A stretch of DNA of 64,000 nt from an uncultured bacterium (GTDB taxonomy: Bacteria > UBP6 > UBA1177). The stretch is taken from NCBI GenBank assembly GCA_905233945.1, contig CAJOFY010000022.1, positions 1,490-65,489 on the forward strand, in the 5' to 3' direction. A program made the position numbers and the translations under genes. This document shows positions 19,397 to 28,290 of this stretch, piece after piece (the stretch's first letter is position 1; every line of letters starts with the position of its first letter). The notes below the pieces were generated by a model. It made no database searches and was not told the origin of the DNA. It saw nothing but the letters and a program-made list of their open reading frames with translations.

Positions 19397-20251
19397 CTAT
19401 CCTTTTACACCGCCGGCAGTAAGACCGCCGATGAGACTTTTCTGGAGAATGAAAAAAAGAATCATAACGGGAAGTGAAACGATTATCGCGCCTGCTGCAA
19501 AGTGTCCCCACTCTGTCGAATAGCTTCCGACATAGTGCTGGAGCGTGACGGGAAGCGTGAAAGCCCTTTCGTCGCCCAGGAAAGTTGCAGCTAAAATGAA
19601 TTCGTTCCAAGCAGTCATGAAACTGAAAAGTGCCGTGACGACTATCGCCGGCTTCGCCAAAGGCATTACAATTTTTATAAAAATAGTCCACTGCGAAGCG
19701 CCGTCCATGATCGCGGCTTCCTCAAGATCCTTAGGGATCGTGTCAAAATAACCTTTCAGCATCCAGACGCAGAAGGGGATAGCAGTTGTCGAATAAACGA
19801 GAACGAGCCCTGCCATGCTGTTGAGAAGTCCCAGCTTGTCAAGCAGGATGTAAAGCGGAATCGCCATGACGACACCCGGAAACATCTGGCTTACGAGAAA
19901 CATTTTCATTCCGAAATTCTTGCCCGGGAATTCAAAACGCGAAAACGCGTAACCCGCCGTAGTTGCAAGGGTTATGCCGAGAAGTGTCGTCGCCGCAGAA
20001 ATTACGACGCTGTTTAAAAACTGCCTTCCGAAAAGCCAGCTTCCGTTTGAATCTGTCGTAAAAATGACGTCTTTGAAGTTGCTCAAAGTAAACTCTGTCG
20101 GAATCGGATTTGCAGAAAGCGAGAAACCCTGGCCGCTGGAAAGAGCCATTTTTATGACCCACAGCACTGGATAAATCACTATTGCGCATATCAGAATCAA
20201 CGAAAGATGCATTAAAATCATCTTTCCGGTACTGACCTCTTTTTTTGCCAT
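19397..20251 (-). CDS. Sugar ABC transporter permease (MalG-like)
   Basis: QMFP, KGYFDTIPKDLEEAAIMDGA EAA loop, GGLTAGGVKG end. Confidence 0.9.
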   Translation of the reverse strand: MAKKEVSTGKMILMHLSLILICAIVIYPVLWVIKMALSSGQGFSLSANPIPTEFTLSNFKDVIFTTDSNGSWLFGRQFLNSVVISAATTLLGITLATTAGYAFSRFEFPGKNFGMKMFLVSQMFPGVVMAIPLYILLDKLGLLNSMAGLVLVYSTTAIPFCVWMLKGYFDTIPKDLEEAAIMDGASQWTIFIKIVMPLAKPAIVVTALFSFMTAWNEFILAATFLGDERAFTLPVTLQHYVGSYSTEWGHFAAGAIIVSLPVMILFFILQKSLIGGLTAGGVKG

Positions 20252-20394
20252 GAAACACCTCCAAAACAAACGCGGTATTTTACTCAAAAAATAAAAAATA
20301 GACAGATTTCAGCCGAAAAAAACGGCTCTCCGGCAGAACGCAGCGCAATTTATCCAATAAAATCAATAAATTATAAAATAAAACCTGTAAAAGT

Positions 20395-20422
20395 TTGACA
20401 TATTTAGAGTTTTCACTATTAT
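20395..20422 (+). promoter_or_regulatory. Sigma70 promoter for the tRNA-Lys/Glu pair
   Basis: TTGACA-16 nt-TATTAT with GC-rich discriminator. Confidence 0.65.
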
Positions 20423-20469
20423 ACCGCCGTTTTTCTGGTTCGTTACAGAAACGATTTCTTGAGTTGAAT

Positions 20470-20545
20470 GGGTCGGTAGCTCAGATGGAAGAGCATCTGA
20501 CTTTTAATCAGGGGGTCGCGGGTCCGAGTCCCGCCCGACCCACCA
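20470..20545 (+). tRNA. tRNA-Lys(TTT)
   Basis: TCTGA-CTTTTAA-TCAGG; CCA; atypical T-loop TCCGAGT. Confidence 0.9.
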
Positions 20546-20565
20546 TTCGCTCTCACTTTTTTGGT

Positions 20566-20640
20566 GACCTTTTCGTCTAGTGGTTAGGACATCGGCCTTT
20601 CACGCCGGTAACGGGGGTTCGAGTCCCCCAAAGGTCGCCA
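20566..20640 (+). tRNA. tRNA-Glu(TTC)
   Basis: TCGGC-CTTTCAC-GCCGG; acceptor GACCTTT/AAAGGTC; CCA. Confidence 0.92.
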
Positions 20641-20784
20641 TTTTTTTTGCCCTGAAACGGCGCTTTTCAGTCAAAAAACTTCTGCAAAATTAAAAATAAA
20701 GGTCGAATTTTTTTTAATATTTGTTATAATGCCCCGCTTTTTTGGTTTGTGTTGCAGATTTTAACCGATAAATCGGAGGCAAAA

Positions 20785-22035
20785 ATGTCAAAGGCACTTG
20801 TAATGATTCTCGCAGGCGGTCAGGGAAAAAGGCTTGCTCCGCTTACTTCCGACAGGGCGAAACCAGCGGTTCCGTTCGGCGGTTCCTACCGCATCATCGA
20901 CTTTGTTCTGAGTAATTTCGTCAATTCCGGCTTTATGCAGATCAAGGTTCTGACGCAGTTTATGAGCGACTCCTTAATCCAGCACATTTCGAGAAACTGG
21001 GGACTTTCGCCGCGTTTCAACCAGTATGTTGACTCAGTTCCTGCTCAGATGCGTACCGGCGACAACTGGTATCTTGGCAGTGCCGACGCGATTTATCAGA
21101 ATCTGAATCTTATCAGGGACGAGTCTCCGAAGAATGTTTTTGTTTTCAGCGGCGATCATATCTATAAAATGGATATTTCGCAGATGTACACATACCACAA
21201 CATCAAAAACGCCGACATGACGATTGCGGCTCTGCCCGTTCCGATCAAAGAGGCGAGCGCTTTCGGCGTTATCGAGATAGATGAGGATTACCGTATGATC
21301 GGATTTGAGGAAAAACCGAAAAATCCGAAACCAATTCCTGGGAAACCTGATTACGCGCTTGTCAGTATGGGAAACTATCTTTTCTCGCGGGAAGTTCTTG
21401 TAAATGCGGTTACGAATGATGCTAAAGATCCGATGAGTGAACACGATTTCGGCAAAAATGTCATTCCTGCGCTTTATCCCTACAAACGGGTCTACGTTTA
21501 CGATTTCCTCAAAAACACGATTTATATGCCGGACGAAAACGAGTACGAAAAACCTTACTGGCGCGATGTCGGAACGATAAAAAGCTACTTTGAGGCACAC
21601 ATGGATCTTGTTTCGGTCTCACCGGCAATCAACCTCTACAACCGCCACTGGCCGATTTTCGGTTTTCCGGAAGTTAATATGCCGCCGGCGAAATTCGTTT
21701 TTGCCGACAAGGAGCACAAAAGGCTCGGAATCGCGACCGATTCGCTTGTTTCGGAAGGGTGTATCATAAGCGGCGGCAGCGTAAACCGCTCAGTCCTTTC
21801 GCCCGGAGTCAGGGTAAACAGTTACAGCCAGCTTGACCAGTGCGTAATTCTGAACAATGTTAAAATTGGGCGTTATTGCAAGCTCAAAAACGTCATCGTC
21901 GATAAAAATGTCGTCATTCCTCCCGACACGACAATCGGTTACGACCTCAAGAAAGACGCTGAGCGCGGTTTCACCGTAACAGAAGAGGGGATCGTTGTTG
22001 TTCCGAAAGGTTACAACTTTCAGGAGGACAGATAG
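20785..22035 (+). CDS. glgC: Glucose-1-phosphate adenylyltransferase
   Basis: LAGGQGKRL, RAKPAVPFGG, WYLGSADA, GDHIYKMD, DFGKNVIP, YWRDVGT. Confidence 0.97.
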   Translation: MSKALVMILAGGQGKRLAPLTSDRAKPAVPFGGSYRIIDFVLSNFVNSGFMQIKVLTQFMSDSLIQHISRNWGLSPRFNQYVDSVPAQMRTGDNWYLGSADAIYQNLNLIRDESPKNVFVFSGDHIYKMDISQMYTYHNIKNADMTIAALPVPIKEASAFGVIEIDEDYRMIGFEEKPKNPKPIPGKPDYALVSMGNYLFSREVLVNAVTNDAKDPMSEHDFGKNVIPALYPYKRVYVYDFLKNTIYMPDENEYEKPYWRDVGTIKSYFEAHMDLVSVSPAINLYNRHWPIFGFPEVNMPPAKFVFADKEHKRLGIATDSLVSEGCIISGGSVNRSVLSPGVRVNSYSQLDQCVILNNVKIGRYCKLKNVIVDKNVVIPPDTTIGYDLKKDAERGFTVTEEGIVVVPKGYNFQEDR

Positions 22036-22038
22036 TCC

Positions 22039-24210
22039 ATGACCGAACTCGTTTTTCTGTGGCATATGCACCAGCCTTTTTACAAAGACTGCATCAGAAA
22101 CAAATATCTGATGCCGTGGGTCAGGCTTCATGCGCTGAAAGGCTACTACGATCTTCCCCTCGCGATGGAAAAATACGGTGTCCGCGGAGTCGTCAACGTT
22201 GTTCCGTCACTTATTGAGCAGCTCAAAGACTACGCCGAGAACAGCGTTTCTGATGCATGGCTCGAGCATACTCTTCTTGATCCCGCCGAAATGAAAGAGG
22301 AACAGAAAGCGTTTGTCGTAAAAAACTTTTTCATGCTGAACTGGGACAGATTGGTCAGAACTTCACCGCGTTACAACGAGCTCTTGGGCAAAAGGCTCCG
22401 TTACGAAAAAAAGCTTGACTGGGTAGAAACTGCGAAACTTTTTTCGGATGAAGAAATTCTTGATCTTCAGGTGCTTTTCAACCTGAAATGGTTCGGTTTC
22501 ATGGCAAGAGAGAAGTTCGAAAAACTTGTCGAACTTGACAGAAAAGACTGCGGTTTCACGAAGAACGACAAAGAGGATCTGCTTGAAATCCAGCGGAAAG
22601 TCCTGCGCGAGATAATTCCGCTTTACAGGCGTCTTGCCGAAGAAAAAGTGATTGAAATTTCCTTCACCCCTTTCTATCACCCGATTTTTCCGCTCGTTTA
22701 CGATACCGACATCGCGAAAAGATGCATGGATTCTCCGCTTCCTGCAAAATATTCTTATCCCGAGGATGCAAAATGGCACCTTGAAGAGGGAAAACGTTAC
22801 AGCGAGGAAACATGGGGAAAAAATATCGATGGAATGTGGCCGGCTGAAGGTTCCGTATCGCCTGAAATAATCGAAGCCGCTGCAAATGCAGGGGTAAAAT
22901 GGCTCGCGACTGACGAAACGATACTTATGAAATCGCTCGGAAATTCCGACAAGGCAAAAGTGCTTTACACGCCTTATCTTCTGAAATCGGAGAAAAATCA
23001 GAGCGTTGCCGCTTTTTTCCGTGACAAATATCTTTCCGATCTGCTGGGATTCTCGTTTTCGCAGATGAAGCCGGAACAGGCTGCCGATATTTTTGTAAAC
23101 TATGTGAAAAACGCGGCGGCGAATTTTCACGGCAGCAGAGAAGCTGTCGTTTCAGTCATTATGGACGGCGAGAACGCATGGGAATCTTATCCTGACAACG
23201 GCGAGCATTTCTTAAAAGAGCTCTTTACAAGACTGAAAAACGATTCAGAAATAAAAACGACAACTTTCGGTGATATAGTTTCGCGGGGAACGGACAAATT
23301 TCCTATTGTTGACAATTTATATTCCGGTTCGTGGATCAACGGAAACTACGAAATTTGGATCGGAAACGAAGAGGACAATTCGGCATGGGGTTATCTCAAG
23401 CGTGTCCGCGATTTCTATACGAAATACAGCCTTAACCACGTTGTCGAGCCGCAGATTCACAATGAAGTCATGCGATGCTTCTACCGTGCTGAGGGAAGCG
23501 ACTGGTTCTGGTGGTACGGTCCGCAGTTTTCAACTGAAAACGACTGGCTTTTCGACCGTCTTTTCAGGCGGCACCTGCGCAGAGTCTACAATCTGCTCGG
23601 GATGAACTACCCGACATTCCTTGATATTCCTATTTCGTCAAATTCGGAAACAAGCCTTTTTGTAGATCCGACGACCGAGATAAACCCGATAATTTCGGGC
23701 AGAAATAACGGCTATTACGAATGGGCCGGAGCGGGATTTTTCGAAAATTCGCGGAAAGCGGGCGGCGCGATGTACAATTCGATAAAACTTGTTGACAAAA
23801 TTCTTTACGGATTCAACCGCGAAAAACTGTTTTTCAGAATCCAGCTTACGAATCCGATGCATTTCTACGAACACAAAAAATACTTTATCAAAGGATTTTT
23901 GATGGATCACCAGAACATCGATTTTGCCCTTCCGATGGTCCGTATCGAAAAAACGCCTTTCCTTATCCACTGCAGCAACGAATCCGGCAGAGTCGCGGAT
24001 ATGGTCGGTGCAGGCGAGGCCGCTTTCGACGAAGTGATGGAATTTTCGCTTTATTCCAAAAAAATCGGTCTCAAAGCGGGCGAAAAAGCGAAAGTCTACT
24101 TCAAAATCCTCTCAAACGAAGGAATCGAACTCGAAAGAATCCCCGGAAACGGTTCTATTGAAGTAACTGTTCCCGATGATGCAGCCCTTTTCAAACTCTG
24201 GGACGTGTAG
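22039..24210 (+). CDS. Glycoside hydrolase family 57 protein (amylopullulanase-like)
   Basis: FLWHMHQP, PWVRLHA, PFYHPIFP, MWPAEGSVS, DGENAWE, AEGSDWFWW. Confidence 0.92.
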   Translation: MTELVFLWHMHQPFYKDCIRNKYLMPWVRLHALKGYYDLPLAMEKYGVRGVVNVVPSLIEQLKDYAENSVSDAWLEHTLLDPAEMKEEQKAFVVKNFFMLNWDRLVRTSPRYNELLGKRLRYEKKLDWVETAKLFSDEEILDLQVLFNLKWFGFMAREKFEKLVELDRKDCGFTKNDKEDLLEIQRKVLREIIPLYRRLAEEKVIEISFTPFYHPIFPLVYDTDIAKRCMDSPLPAKYSYPEDAKWHLEEGKRYSEETWGKNIDGMWPAEGSVSPEIIEAAANAGVKWLATDETILMKSLGNSDKAKVLYTPYLLKSEKNQSVAAFFRDKYLSDLLGFSFSQMKPEQAADIFVNYVKNAAANFHGSREAVVSVIMDGENAWESYPDNGEHFLKELFTRLKNDSEIKTTTFGDIVSRGTDKFPIVDNLYSGSWINGNYEIWIGNEEDNSAWGYLKRVRDFYTKYSLNHVVEPQIHNEVMRCFYRAEGSDWFWWYGPQFSTENDWLFDRLFRRHLRRVYNLLGMNYPTFLDIPISSNSETSLFVDPTTEINPIISGRNNGYYEWAGAGFFENSRKAGGAMYNSIKLVDKILYGFNREKLFFRIQLTNPMHFYEHKKYFIKGFLMDHQNIDFALPMVRIEKTPFLIHCSNESGRVADMVGAGEAAFDEVMEFSLYSKKIGLKAGEKAKVYFKILSNEGIELERIPGNGSIEVTVPDDAALFKLWDV

Positions 24211-24217
24211 GAGAGAT

Positions 24218-25390
24218 ATGGAACTTAGAAACAAACTTGAAAAGAATTTTCTGAAATTCCCTTTTGAGCTTTTTGATGCGATTTTTTCGCAGAAAAGTTT
24301 CATCGACATAGAAAGGCTTAATGTCCACGACAGGGAATCTGGGCTTCTTTTCATAAAAAATTACGGCTACGACATAACTGATCCTGAGATTGCGGAGACG
24401 GTTTCATCGATTCTTAGCGAGGCCAAAACTTTTATTCAGAGCTATCTTTCGGAAGATCCAGAGGGAAAAACGGAAACTTTGATAATTCCGCCCGATATTC
24501 TGTGCGACGACGATATAGTGAGTCTTCTGATAAAGGCTTCGGAAAAGGAAAAAACGCTTGAGCAGGCCTGGGCATGCGCTGTTCTCCGGGTTGCCCACAC
24601 GATAACGCATGTCGAAAACGACCTCGCGAAAAGTTTTATGCCGGGGATCAGAAACCAGATTTACAAACGGTTCAGCTCGCACTTGAACGGCAACGCTGCG
24701 GGAGGATATTTTCTCGGAACCGGTGATGACGCAATAAAACTTAAACTTTTCGAGATAAAGAACGACAAGTCGCGTGACAGCCTGATTCTGAAACTTCTCC
24801 ACAAAAAGGAGAATGTCACTGCCGACATTTTCGACCGCGTCGGAGTCAGGATCGTAACCTATACAAAACTCGACATCATCCTTGTCCTCAGGTATTTCGC
24901 GACGAACCATGTCATTTCGTTCGCCAACATCAAGCCGAGCAGGACGAAAAACAACGTCGTCAACATTCCGCGTTTCATCGAAGGCGTCGAAGAACTGAAA
25001 TCGCACGACCTTTCGTCGTGGTCACAGGAAGACGTTGCCGAATTTCTTGAAAAATATCTCGAGATTCCGCCCGAGGAAAAGGAGGAAATTACAAAAAGAA
25101 ACATTGAGGAGACAAACCTCTATTCTTCGACTTCATACTCTTCGATCCAGCTTACGAGCCGACTTCTCATAACTATGGAAGATCCGATAAATCCTGCAAA
25201 ACCGACTTACCGCTTTTTCTTCCCTTTCGAAGTACAGATTCTGGACGAGGAGAGTTTTATCGAAAGCCGCTCGGGACGCGCAAACCATGAAGAATACAAG
25301 AAAAATCAGCTCGTAGCCGCGAGAAAGCGCGTTTTGACAAATGTTCTACGCTATCAGAGACAGCATCCATGGGAAACGGAAATAAAATAA
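24218..25390 (+). CDS. TIGR04552-like protein with RelA/SpoT-type nucleotidyltransferase motifs
   Basis: WACAVLRVAHTI, KSRDSLILKLLHKKE, DIFDRVGVRIVT, FFFPFEVQILD, GRANHEEYK. Confidence 0.7.
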   Translation: MELRNKLEKNFLKFPFELFDAIFSQKSFIDIERLNVHDRESGLLFIKNYGYDITDPEIAETVSSILSEAKTFIQSYLSEDPEGKTETLIIPPDILCDDDIVSLLIKASEKEKTLEQAWACAVLRVAHTITHVENDLAKSFMPGIRNQIYKRFSSHLNGNAAGGYFLGTGDDAIKLKLFEIKNDKSRDSLILKLLHKKENVTADIFDRVGVRIVTYTKLDIILVLRYFATNHVISFANIKPSRTKNNVVNIPRFIEGVEELKSHDLSSWSQEDVAEFLEKYLEIPPEEKEEITKRNIEETNLYSSTSYSSIQLTSRLLITMEDPINPAKPTYRFFFPFEVQILDEESFIESRSGRANHEEYKKNQLVAARKRVLTNVLRYQRQHPWETEIK

Positions 25391-25404
25391 TTTTGGAGGT
25401 TATT

Positions 25405-25941
25405 ATGAAGAAATTTTTCATGTTTTTTGCAATTTTGCTTGTTTCGTCGCTGGTTTTCGCACAGAATGCGACGATAACTCTCAAAAACGGCAAAACAATT
25501 TCGGGAAAAATCGTAAAAATCGAGGCAGCTCAGCTCAGCAACACCAAGTCGCTTGCCGAAACGACAACTGTTATGGCGGCTCAGGGTGTGAACGAGCTCA
25601 TGCTCAAATTCGCCGACATCAAAGAGATCGATTTCAAAAGCAGTGACGATGTTTCCTGCTTTGAGGACGGCAGATTCGTTCCTGTGAGAAAATTCTGCTC
25701 AATGAAGTCGCTCTACCAGATTGTTCCGAAAGTCAAAGGCGAAAGCAAGGAAGCTATCGAAATCGAGGACGACAAGGTTTTCTTTTTCCACATCGAGGGT
25801 GAAAAATTGCCGGTTGCCGCGTTTTTCTACAAAATTCAAGTCAGCAACGAAGGAAACGAGAGCAAAAAAGACTATCCCGACCTTGAAAGGGAAGTCCTTT
25901 CACTCAGCAAAAACGGCGTTAAGAAAATAGTTTTCAATTAG
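25405..25941 (+). CDS. Hypothetical secreted protein
   Basis: GGAGG RBS; signal peptide ending VFA; ITLKNGKTISGKI. Confidence 0.7.
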   Translation: MKKFFMFFAILLVSSLVFAQNATITLKNGKTISGKIVKIEAAQLSNTKSLAETTTVMAAQGVNELMLKFADIKEIDFKSSDDVSCFEDGRFVPVRKFCSMKSLYQIVPKVKGESKEAIEIEDDKVFFFHIEGEKLPVAAFFYKIQVSNEGNESKKDYPDLEREVLSLSKNGVKKIVFN

Positions 25942-25949
25942 GAGGAACA

Positions 25950-26273
25950 ATGCTTATCCACGCAAACGAAGAGACTTTCCAGGCTGAAGTTATCGATTTC
26001 AAAGGTGTCGCAATCGTCGATTTCTGGGCGCAGTGGTGCGGACCGTGCAAAATGCTGGGACCAATTTTTGAAGAGCTTTCAAACGACTACGCAGACAATG
26101 CGAATGTCAAATTTGTAAAGGTCGATACGGACGAAAACATGGAACTTTCGTTCAAATACAGAATCCGCGGAATTCCCTGCATCAAAGTTTTCAAAAACGG
26201 CGAAGAAGTTGAAACTTCGGTTGGTCTTGTTCCGAAAGAGGAACTGGAAGATTTAGTTAAAAGGAATCTGTGA
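25950..26273 (+). CDS. trxA: Thioredoxin
   Basis: VDFWAQWCGPCK. Confidence 0.95.
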   Translation: MLIHANEETFQAEVIDFKGVAIVDFWAQWCGPCKMLGPIFEELSNDYADNANVKFVKVDTDENMELSFKYRIRGIPCIKVFKNGEEVETSVGLVPKEELEDLVKRNL

Positions 26274-26275
26274 AG

Positions 26276-26420
26276 ATCGTTATTATCGAAAAGACGAAAA
26301 TAACGATTCGCGCCATGTCGTTTTTGTCGACGCCGCCAACATTTTGTCGTTATAACGTTATTCCGGTATAACGGGATACCGACACAGGGCGGCGAATCGA
26401 TAATAACGAAAAGAACGAAT
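26276..26420. repeat. CG-periodic inverted-repeat element, copy 1
   Basis: TCGTTATTATCG...GATTCGCGCC ... GGCGGCGAATCGATAATAACGA; homologous to 50665-50786. Confidence 0.65.
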
Positions 26421-28271
26421 TTAATCGTTGTCCGGGATTTCATCATCGTCACCGGTTTCTTCCTGTTCTTCAGACTCTTCTTTCGGTGGATATTCGTCTT
26501 TTTCGGTGCATTCACGTTCCGCTCCGACAGTTCCATTTTGTCCTTTTTTGTGGCAGTGGCAGCCGGTGAGGTTCACGCTCGCATCCATCTTTGCGGTACC
26601 CCAGAGATGGTAGAATTCGGTTTTTGAGGGATTGGTGTCTTTTGCTATCCTGATGGATTTGTCGGTTCCGGTATCTTCAAGGTAATAGCAGAATTTATAG
26701 ACATATTCGTTCTCAAGATCGTAGAAATAGTCGTATTTTGTTACTACAAATTCTGTTATCGGCTGTCCGGTTCTTACCGCTTTGCGGAAATCGTCAAGAT
26801 AAATATCAATATCCGTGCGCTGCACCTTAAAAGGGCCGACATAATATTCTTTCGGCTCGATACATTCCTGTGCGATCTTTATAACGGTTCCTTCTGTTGT
26901 TGTCGGATATCTGAAGATATACTGGTTGCAGTAATAGTTGATATACGTATCTTCCGGATACGCAAAGTAGCCGATACCGTAATCCAGATTGTACACCGGC
27001 CAGTCGGTCATTATCGAATAAAGGGCAAAAATCTGGGTTTTGTCGCCGTCGTCAACAAGTTCGTTCCATGCAGGAAAATCGCTTTTCTTTTCTGCGGCAA
27101 TTCCGTCCATGAGAACATATTCCATTTCATCATTCAGGACATACATATCCTTGCTGTCGTTGAAATTGTTGAGGATTATATGGATTTCACCCGTTTCAGG
27201 ATAGTAGTAAAGCATTGAGTGTGAGGAAAAAACGTCGCCGCCGTGACCGTAGAATTTGCTGTGGGAACCCTGCCCCAGCTGTGTTCCGAGTCCGTAAACC
27301 GGCTCGCCTAAAAGTTCTGCCATATCAAGCATCTGGTTCATGCTGTCTTCGGAAAGAATCTCGCCGTTGAAAAGCGCGTGACCGTATTTGAAAAGGTCTT
27401 CGACATTGGAAATAAGAGAACCTGCAGTCCATGCTTTGTGCGGATATTTGTAAGGAACAAGATTTCCATAAGCATCATAGGCATGACCGTCAGCTTTTGC
27501 CGCTTCAGGACGGTCTTCCTCAAAACCTCCCATATAAGTATTTGTCAGCCCGAGCGGATTTATGATTTTCTCGCGGATGACTTCGTGCGCCGGCTTTCCG
27601 GCAACTTCACTCATGATAAGTCCGGCAAGAACATAGTTCGCGTTGATGTAAGTCCATGAGGTTCCCGGTTCGAAATCGAATCTGCCGTTGACATCTTCGA
27701 CGACATCCTCAGGATTCATGATATCCGACATCTCCATAATGCCCGAAGTGTGGTTGAGAAGCATTCTTACGGTGATAATCTCTCCTTTTTCAAAATCCGG
27801 GAACCATTTGTCTATTGTCTGGTCAAGGTCGATTTTCCCCTCTTCCTGCAAAAGAAGCATCGTGACAGCCGTGAAATTCTTGGTTATGCTGCCGACTTCA
27901 AAAAGATCGTCGGGCTGAAGCGGATCTTTCGTCTCGCTGTTGCGCACACCCAAAGCGAAAGAGGTGAGTTCGTCTGTTCCATATCCTACAACGGCACCTG
28001 TTCCGTGGGCAAAATTAAGATATTCTTCTGCCAGATTTCTGATGCTTTCGAGTTTTTCTTCTTCGGTGAGAGGCCGGTTTTCATTGCCTGAGTCACTGTC
28101 ATCTTCCGGTTCCTCTTCGTCGGTTTCCTCGGCATCGTTTCCTTCACTGTCCTGATCTTCCGAAACTTCGCCGGAATCAGGCTGTTCTTCGTTGTTCTTT
28201 GAGGAATTTCCGCAGCTTACACTGAAAAAAAACATCAAAAAAACGATGAACGCTGTCAGCAGTTTTTTCAT
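26421..28271 (-). CDS. Serine hydrolase (beta-lactamase/PBP superfamily) lipoprotein
   Basis: Lipobox SVSC; GSITK (SxxK), LLNHTSG, YIN (YxN), HGG; unknown Cys-containing C-terminal domain. Confidence 0.85.
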   Translation of the reverse strand: MKKLLTAFIVFLMFFFSVSCGNSSKNNEEQPDSGEVSEDQDSEGNDAEETDEEEPEDDSDSGNENRPLTEEEKLESIRNLAEEYLNFAHGTGAVVGYGTDELTSFALGVRNSETKDPLQPDDLFEVGSITKNFTAVTMLLLQEEGKIDLDQTIDKWFPDFEKGEIITVRMLLNHTSGIMEMSDIMNPEDVVEDVNGRFDFEPGTSWTYINANYVLAGLIMSEVAGKPAHEVIREKIINPLGLTNTYMGGFEEDRPEAAKADGHAYDAYGNLVPYKYPHKAWTAGSLISNVEDLFKYGHALFNGEILSEDSMNQMLDMAELLGEPVYGLGTQLGQGSHSKFYGHGGDVFSSHSMLYYYPETGEIHIILNNFNDSKDMYVLNDEMEYVLMDGIAAEKKSDFPAWNELVDDGDKTQIFALYSIMTDWPVYNLDYGIGYFAYPEDTYINYYCNQYIFRYPTTTEGTVIKIAQECIEPKEYYVGPFKVQRTDIDIYLDDFRKAVRTGQPITEFVVTKYDYFYDLENEYVYKFCYYLEDTGTDKSIRIAKDTNPSKTEFYHLWGTAKMDASVNLTGCHCHKKGQNGTVGAERECTEKDEYPPKEESEEQEETGDDDEIPDND

Positions 28272-28290
28272 GTCACTCTCCTGAATCTTT

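Noticed and set aside
26264-26277. 14-bp match GAATCTGTGAAGAT to ~42935
   Set aside because: Matches of this length are expected by chance in 64 kb.
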